Assembly: GCA_038231275.1 (NCBI GenBank)
Contig: JBBRLQ010000007.1
Coordinates: 64,001-128,000, forward strand
Length of the DNA: 64,000 nt
Source: Polyangiales bacterium
GTDB taxonomy: Bacteria > Myxococcota_A > Polyangia > Polyangiales > Polyangiaceae
Reading direction: 5' to 3'
The position numbers were made by a program, and so were the translations under genes. Within the stretch, counting starts at the first letter, position 1; every line of letters begins with the position of its first letter. Positions 58,606 through 64,000 of the stretch are shown one piece after another. Below the pieces are notes generated by a model, which was not told the DNA's origin, ran no database searches, and saw nothing but the letters and a program-made list of their open reading frames with translations.

Positions 58606-59178
58606 GTGGAAGAGGGCGACGGTGGCCGCGAGACGGCGCGCGTGGATGGCGCCATGGAGCGGTACGCGGCGGGTGACGAGTCCGCGTTCGCCGAGCTCTA
58701 CGATCTCCTGGCGCCGCGGCTCTTCGGCTACCTGATGCGCCAGACCCGCGAGCGCGCGCGCGCCGAAGATCTCCTCCAGCAGACGCTCCTCCAGATGCAC
58801 GCCGCGCGCGGGCGGTTCATCCCCGGCGCGCAGGTCACGCCGTGGGCCTTCGCGATCGCGCGGCGCCTCATGATCGACGGGCTGCGCCGCGGCAAGCGTG
58901 AGGTGCTCCGCGCGGAGGGCGAAGGCGGGGAGGGGAGCGAGCCGGTGGCCGACGCTCCCGCCGCGGACGATCTCGTGCAAGCGCAGCAGCTCGCCGGGCG
59001 CATCCAGAAGGAGCTCGCGCGCCTCCCCGAGAACCAGCGCGTCGCGTTCGAGCTGATCAAGCAAGAGGGGCTCAGCGTCGCGCAGGCCGCGCAGGTCCTC
59101 GGCACGACCGTCACCGCCGTGAAGCTCCGCGCGCATCGCGCGTACGAGGCGCTCCGCGGTATTCTGGGGGATACATGA
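58606..59178 (+). CDS. ECF RNA polymerase sigma factor
   Basis: GDESAFAELY, AEDLLQQT, WAFAIARR, LPENQR...GLSVAQAAQVLG...VKLRAHRA. Start uncertain (58606-58654). Confidence 0.9.
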   Translation: MEEGDGGRETARVDGAMERYAAGDESAFAELYDLLAPRLFGYLMRQTRERARAEDLLQQTLLQMHAARGRFIPGAQVTPWAFAIARRLMIDGLRRGKREVLRAEGEGGEGSEPVADAPAADDLVQAQQLAGRIQKELARLPENQRVAFELIKQEGLSVAQAAQVLGTTVTAVKLRAHRAYEALRGILGDT

Positions 59179-59825
59179 AGACCGAGCTGCCTGCCGATCT
59201 TCGCGCGCGCGTCCTGTCGGCGGCGCAGGCGAGCCCGGCTCCGGCGCGCGCCGCGGTTCAGCGCGGCACGCTCGTCACGCTCCTCGTTGGGGTCGCGGCG
59301 CTCCTGGTCGTGTTCATCGCCGGCGGCGCGGACTTGAAGACGCGGCCTCCAGCCTTCGTCGCGATGACGGCCGGCGGATGGGCGCTGATCGCGGCGGCGG
59401 CGACGTGGGCAGGAGCGGCGCGCGGCGGAAAGATGCTCGGACGGAGCGCGCCGATCCTCGTCGTTGCCACCCTCGTCATCGGGCCGAGCTTCATGGCGTG
59501 GATGTTCCTCGGGACGACCATGTGGCCGGGCACCCTAGGCTACGACGCGCCGCTCCGCGCGCATCTCGTCTGCCTCGCGTTCGTCTGCGCGATGGCGATC
59601 GGGCCGTTCTTTGCGCTCGCCGTGATCCGTCGCGCGAGCGACCCGGTGCACCCGCGCGCGACCGGCGCGGCGCTCGGCGCGATCGCGGGCGCGTGGGCAG
59701 GGGTCATGGGCGATCTGCATTGCCCGGTCTCCGAGGCGATGCACGTCGGGATAGGTCACGTGTTGCCTGTCGTCTTGTTCGCGATCGTGGGCGCGCTCGT
59801 GGGGCGTCGCGTGCTCGGGATCTGA
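59175..59825 (+). CDS. NrsF/DUF1109-like membrane anti-sigma factor
   Basis: ATGA overlap with the sigma gene, six TM helices, HLVC...PVHPRATGA...DLHCP...HV. Confidence 0.8.
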   Translation: MKTELPADLRARVLSAAQASPAPARAAVQRGTLVTLLVGVAALLVVFIAGGADLKTRPPAFVAMTAGGWALIAAAATWAGAARGGKMLGRSAPILVVATLVIGPSFMAWMFLGTTMWPGTLGYDAPLRAHLVCLAFVCAMAIGPFFALAVIRRASDPVHPRATGAALGAIAGAWAGVMGDLHCPVSEAMHVGIGHVLPVVLFAIVGALVGRRVLGI

Positions 59826-59841
59826 GGACCGACGAACGGGA

Positions 59842-61338
59842 ATGGCCGAACCTCCGCTGCGCATCGTCATGGTCTCGGCCGAGATGGAGTCGCTCGCACG
59901 CACGGGCGGGCTCGGGGACGTCGTTCAGGCGGTGAGCGCTCACGTCGCGCGCCTCGGCGATCACGTCCTCGTCGTCACGCCGCTCTACGCGGTCACCAAG
60001 GTCCCGCCGGGCTGCACGCGTTGGCCGGATACCGTCCCCGTTCGCGTCGGGTGGGGACCGAGCGACGTGCGCGAGGTCGGCGTCCTCGAGCTTCCTCGCG
60101 CCGAGGCGGGTAGGCTGCGCGTCTGCCTCCTCGACGATCCGGCGCTCTTCGCGCGCGCGGGCCTGTACGGCGACGGGCAGGGTCCGTTCGGCGACAACGA
60201 TCTCCGCTTCGCCACCCTCTCGCGCGGCGCGCTCGGGATCGCGGCGCGCGCCTGGGGCACGGAGCCCGACATCGTGCACGCGCACGACTGGCACGCCGCG
60301 CTCGCGGTCATCTACGCGCGTCTGACGATGGGCGAAGCGTGGTCGCGCGTGAAGAGCGTCGTGACCATCCACAACCTCGGCTTCCAAGGCGCGCTCGGCG
60401 AGGACGCGCTCGACAGGCTCTCCATTCCGCGCGAGGCGTTCACCTCGGGCGCGCTCGATCATTTCGGCGCCGTGAACCTGATGAAGGGCGCGATCGCGTA
60501 CGCCGATTGCGTCACCGCCGTGAGCCCGACGTACGCGCGGGAGATCCAGACGGTAGAGGGTGGCTTCGGCCTCGACGGGTTCTTGCGGGATCACGCGACC
60601 AAGCTCGTCGGCATCCTGAACGGCATCGACGCCGAGCGCTTCGATCCGGCGACCGACTCCGCCCTCGCCGAACGCTACGATGCGGCGAGCCTCGAGCACG
60701 GCCGCGCGACCTGCAAGCGCGCGCTCTCGTTGGAGCTCGGCCTGAACGGCGGCGTGGGCGATCCGCTCTTCTCCACGGTGACGCGCCTGACCTGGCAGAA
60801 GGGGATCGATCTCTTTCTCGACGTCGTCCCGCTGCTCGTCGAACGCGGCGCGCGCGTCGTCATCGTGGGTCAGGGCGATCCCGACCTCGAAGGGCGCGTC
60901 CTCGCGATCGCCGCGCGTCATCCAGGCCGCGTCGCCGCGCGCATCGCCTTCGATCCCGCGCTCGCACGAAGGACGTACGCGGGCAGCGACTTTTTCGTCG
61001 TTCCTTCCCGCTACGAGCCGTGCGGCCTCACGCAGCTGTACGCGATGCGCTACGGGGCAGTGCCGCTGGTGACCGCGGTGGGGGGGCTCAAAGACACGGT
61101 CGTGCCGGTGCGCGCCGCGCAAAGCGAGGGGACGGGCATCGTCGCGTCGCACGCGTCCTCGACCGAGCTCGTGTTCGCAGTCGAGGACGCGCTCACGCTG
61201 TACGGCGATCCGCTGGCGATGCGCGAGCTGCGGCGTCGCGCGATGGCGCGTGACAGCTCGTGGACGACGTCCGCCGCCGCCTACGTCGCCCTCTACCGCG
61301 ACGTCGTCGATCGCTCTACGCCGCGCGCGTCGACTTGA
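59842..61338 (+). CDS. glgA: Glycogen/starch synthase (GT5)
   Basis: RTGGLGDV, HAHDWH, TIHNLGFQG, VSPTYAREI, GILNGID, RLTWQKG, PSRYEPCGLTQ. Confidence 0.95.
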   Translation: MAEPPLRIVMVSAEMESLARTGGLGDVVQAVSAHVARLGDHVLVVTPLYAVTKVPPGCTRWPDTVPVRVGWGPSDVREVGVLELPRAEAGRLRVCLLDDPALFARAGLYGDGQGPFGDNDLRFATLSRGALGIAARAWGTEPDIVHAHDWHAALAVIYARLTMGEAWSRVKSVVTIHNLGFQGALGEDALDRLSIPREAFTSGALDHFGAVNLMKGAIAYADCVTAVSPTYAREIQTVEGGFGLDGFLRDHATKLVGILNGIDAERFDPATDSALAERYDAASLEHGRATCKRALSLELGLNGGVGDPLFSTVTRLTWQKGIDLFLDVVPLLVERGARVVIVGQGDPDLEGRVLAIAARHPGRVAARIAFDPALARRTYAGSDFFVVPSRYEPCGLTQLYAMRYGAVPLVTAVGGLKDTVVPVRAAQSEGTGIVASHASSTELVFAVEDALTLYGDPLAMRELRRRAMARDSSWTTSAAAYVALYRDVVDRSTPRAST

Positions 61339-62437
61339 TCGAGTCGACGCGAATGACGATGACGGTCACGTTGTCGAGTCCGCCGTTGGCGTTGGCCGCG
61401 GCGATGAGCAACTCGACTGCTTTTTTGGGCGGATTGTCGCGAAGGACCGCGCCGACGCTCTCGTCGGAGACCATCTTCGAGAGCCCGTCCGAGCAGAGGA
61501 GGTACGTGTCCCCAGGGAGCGGCTTGCCGAGCACGACGTCGATCGATACGCGCGGCCAGACCCCCACGGCGCGGCTCAGATGCGTCGCCGACGCGCCGCC
61601 GACGCCGAGGTCCTTCATCGTGTGATCGGCGGTCATCTGCCTGAGCATCCCGCCGCGCAAACGATAAACGCGGCTGTCGCCGACGTGCGCCAGGTAGAGG
61701 CGCTGCTTGTTGGGGGAGAAGCGCGCCGCGCACACCGTCGTTCCCATCCCGGACAGCGCGCGGTCCTGCTGCGCGTGACGGTAGATGTTCTCGTTCGCCA
61801 GCTGAACGGCGCGCGCGAGCTCGCGGGCGCGCTTCGGGATCTCGCCGGCATCCTTCTCCGTGAAGGTGTGCTCTTGGAACGCCTTCGCGATCGTCTCCAC
61901 GGCGAGCTTGCTCGCGACGGCGCCGCCGGTGTAGCCGCCCATACCGTCGGCGACGACGAAGAGGTTCGCGTCCTCGAGGACCAGCAAGCTGTCCTCGTTG
62001 CGCTTGCGGCGCCGGCCCGCATCCGTCTGCCCCGTCGCGCTGACCAGGATGAGCGCGCCCGCCTGCGTGGGCTCCTCGGGCTCGGCGTCCGTGTCGTAAA
62101 CGATCTTCGTCGTCGTCGCCGAGGCTCCTGGCGGCAGCCGTGCGCCTTCGCCGACGACCGTGCCGTCGGCCTCGGCGTCCTCGTCGTATTCGATGCGCGG
62201 CAGGCCCGGACCGGTGAGCGCGCGGATGTCCGACTTCAGCGGCACCTCGCCCTCCGAATCCGATGGCTCCGGCGCCACGCTGCGCGCGTCCCGCGGATTT
62301 GCCGGCGCAACGGGGAGGCCGGGCCTCGAGGGGGAACCATCGCGGCTTGCGCTCGAAAATAGACGAGCCACGACGAGGAGCGCCAAGAGGGCACCCACTA
62401 CGATCGCGACCAGCGTTTCAAACGGCACAGCGCTCAT
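61316..62437 (-). CDS. Membrane-anchored PP2C-type Ser/Thr phosphatase
   Basis: N-terminal TM, DAGRRRKRNED, VADGMGG, MGTT, HVGDSR, LCSDGL, GGLDN. Confidence 0.92.
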   Translation of the reverse strand: MSAVPFETLVAIVVGALLALLVVARLFSSASRDGSPSRPGLPVAPANPRDARSVAPEPSDSEGEVPLKSDIRALTGPGLPRIEYDEDAEADGTVVGEGARLPPGASATTTKIVYDTDAEPEEPTQAGALILVSATGQTDAGRRRKRNEDSLLVLEDANLFVVADGMGGYTGGAVASKLAVETIAKAFQEHTFTEKDAGEIPKRARELARAVQLANENIYRHAQQDRALSGMGTTVCAARFSPNKQRLYLAHVGDSRVYRLRGGMLRQMTADHTMKDLGVGGASATHLSRAVGVWPRVSIDVVLGKPLPGDTYLLCSDGLSKMVSDESVGAVLRDNPPKKAVELLIAAANANGGLDNVTVIVIRVDSIKSTRAA

Positions 62438-62522
62438 TCCGACCAAGAGCTCATGAGTGGCAACAACCAAAAGCACGCACCTGTGGACGGGGCCGCCACA
62501 AGCGTCTCAATCGGCTCAACGA

Positions 62523-62538
62523 AGCAACCCTCGTGCCT
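62523..62538 (-). promoter_or_regulatory. Sigma-54 promoter (-24/-12)
   Basis: AGGCACGAGGGTTGCT on the minus strand, near-consensus, about 85 nt upstream of the PP2C start. Confidence 0.7.
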
Positions 62539-62754
62539 CGCTGAGGTTTCGGTGGGTTGGGTTGCAAAAACCGTTGCGTGGGGTGCGACACAGGGATCGC
62601 CGGTCCACACGTGCGAGGCGCCGCGTTCGGTCGGACCTCGGCGACGTGGCTCCCCCGCACCGCTCGAGACCAAGCATCGCCGCAGAACCTACGGGCTTTC
62701 TTGGTGGTCGCCAAGAATTTCACGTACCCTGAGGTGGGGTTTGCGCTGCCGCTC

Positions 62755-63426
62755 ATGGCCGACGAAGAAGAGAAGGAAGACGGAGCGATCTACAAGGTCG
62801 ACACCGTCCCCCCGCCGCCCGGGGAGGACGACGCTTACAGCGCTCCCACCCGCGTCGGTGAGATGCCGCCGGAGGTGCTCGAAGCCATGCGCGGGGCCGG
62901 GCTCGTCCCGGGCAAAGACGCGTCGACGTCGAAGGTGCCATCGGCGCTGAGGCCGCCTCGCCCGCCGTCGTTCGAGATCGCCGCGGACGCGGTCAGCACG
63001 CCGGCCGCGAACGACAAGGCGCTGGACGCGCCGCCGGCGCCGTCGTCGGCCAAGGTGAAGGCCGTCGCCCCGAGCCCACTCAAGGTCCCGAGCACTCCAC
63101 CCACGGGGGAGACGGATCCATCCTCTGACGACGTTCCCGCGCGTCCGTCGCCGCTCCCTGACCTGTCGCAGCTGCAGCGCGAGGACCACGAGGCGGCCCA
63201 AGAGTTGGGGGACTCGTCCATCGAGGAGATCGAGCGGCCCTATGCGCGCGACGACGACGCCGACGATGCACCCACCCAAATGCATCCGTCCGCCAAACCG
63301 CTGCCTCCGGCCTTGGGGGCGGGGAGCATTCCCGGCGCTCGCCCGCCGATTCCACGCGAGGCGCTGCTCGTTCTCGCGCTCGTCGTCGCGCTCATCACAC
63401 TCGCGCTCGCGCTCGGCATGAAGTAG
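62755..63426 (+). CDS. Hypothetical Pro/acidic low-complexity protein with C-terminal TM anchor
   Basis: YKVDTVPPP...DAYSAPTRVG, C-terminal hydrophobic helix. Confidence 0.6.
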   Translation: MADEEEKEDGAIYKVDTVPPPPGEDDAYSAPTRVGEMPPEVLEAMRGAGLVPGKDASTSKVPSALRPPRPPSFEIAADAVSTPAANDKALDAPPAPSSAKVKAVAPSPLKVPSTPPTGETDPSSDDVPARPSPLPDLSQLQREDHEAAQELGDSSIEEIERPYARDDDADDAPTQMHPSAKPLPPALGAGSIPGARPPIPREALLVLALVVALITLALALGMK

Positions 63427-63458
63427 CGGCCGAGCGTTTCCTCGCTGCGCTTCGCTGC

Positions 63459-64000
63459 TCAGAGCTCGTGCTTGCGAATCAGCCGGTAGATGTACGTGCG
63501 ATCGATGCCCGCCTTCTTCGCGGCGGCCGACACGTTGCGGTTGTGACGCATGAGGAGCTGCCGGACGTACTCTTTTTCGCCGGCGTCGATCCACGACTCC
63601 CGGAAGTCCTTGTAGGCGAGCTCGAACATGTGCGGATCGTCGATGGCGAGCGACGAGCCCGTCGCCTGCGGAAGCGGCGGAGGGATCGACGCCGAGGGCT
63701 GCGGTGGGCTCATCGACGGAGGCGGGCCCCCGTCACGAAGCGCAGCCGCCTCGCGTGCGGTGCCCGCCATCGCGAGCGCCTCGGCGGCCCCGAGGGCCCT
63801 CAGGCGATCGATGAAGTTTCGAAGCTCGCGAACGTTGCCGCGCCACGGGCGCGCGACGAGCTCGCGGATCACGTCGGAGCTGAGGTGGCTGCTCCCCGCG
63901 GTCTGTCGCAAGAAGTGGTTCGCGAGCAGCTCGATGTCCTCGCGACGCTCGCGGAGAGGCGGCACCGACACCGGGAGCACCGAGATGCGGAAGTAGAGGT
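63459..64000 (-). CDS. Sigma-54-dependent enhancer-binding protein, C-terminal part (5' partial)
   Basis: LYFRISVLPVSVPPLRERREDI, WRGNVREL, HTH NVSAAAKKAGIDRTYIYRLIRK. Confidence 0.92.
   Translation of the reverse strand, partial: LYFRISVLPVSVPPLRERREDIELLANHFLRQTAGSSHLSSDVIRELVARPWRGNVRELRNFIDRLRALGAAEALAMAGTAREAAALRDGGPPPSMSPPQPSASIPPPLPQATGSSLAIDDPHMFELAYKDFRESWIDAGEKEYVRQLLMRHNRNVSAAAKKAGIDRTYIYRLIRKHEL

Overview
High-GC bacterial chromosomal segment. Its gene content points to a myxobacterium, probably Polyangiales/Sorangiineae-like: many Hanks Ser/Thr kinases, PP2C phosphatases, FHA/sigma-54 activators, TPR-PEGA proteins, DUF4388 domains and Cys-rich lipoproteins. This taxonomy is inferred from gene content only. 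About 58 CDS are supported. Housekeeping genes include hemE-hemH-hemY, frr, hflX, cobB, glgA, an acyl-CoA mutase, MlaD, MATE and DedA, interleaved with signalling modules. I saw no rRNA, tRNA, CRISPR array or transposase. Most notable: (1) one polypeptide fusing an RlmC-like m5U methyltransferase to an RluA-like pseudouridine synthase, whose E. coli counterparts modify adjacent 23S nucleotides 747 and 746; (2) a window-wide TAnnnT hexamer 6-9 nt before start codons that mostly lack an SD, indicating widespread leaderless mRNAs; (3) an operon of secreted caspase/beta-barrel, Cys-rich lipoprotein, ECF sigma and zinc anti-sigma; (4) a self-contained kinase / TPR protein / FHA-sigma54 activator circuit beside a sigma-54 promoter driving a copper monooxygenase lipoprotein; (5) a mutase with isobutyryl-CoA mutase specificity residues; (6) a Bacillus-like hemEHY operon; (7) an orphan AT-rich tandem operator-like palindrome. 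All family calls come from motif recognition by eye, without database searches. Several start codons were re-assigned from the ORF track.
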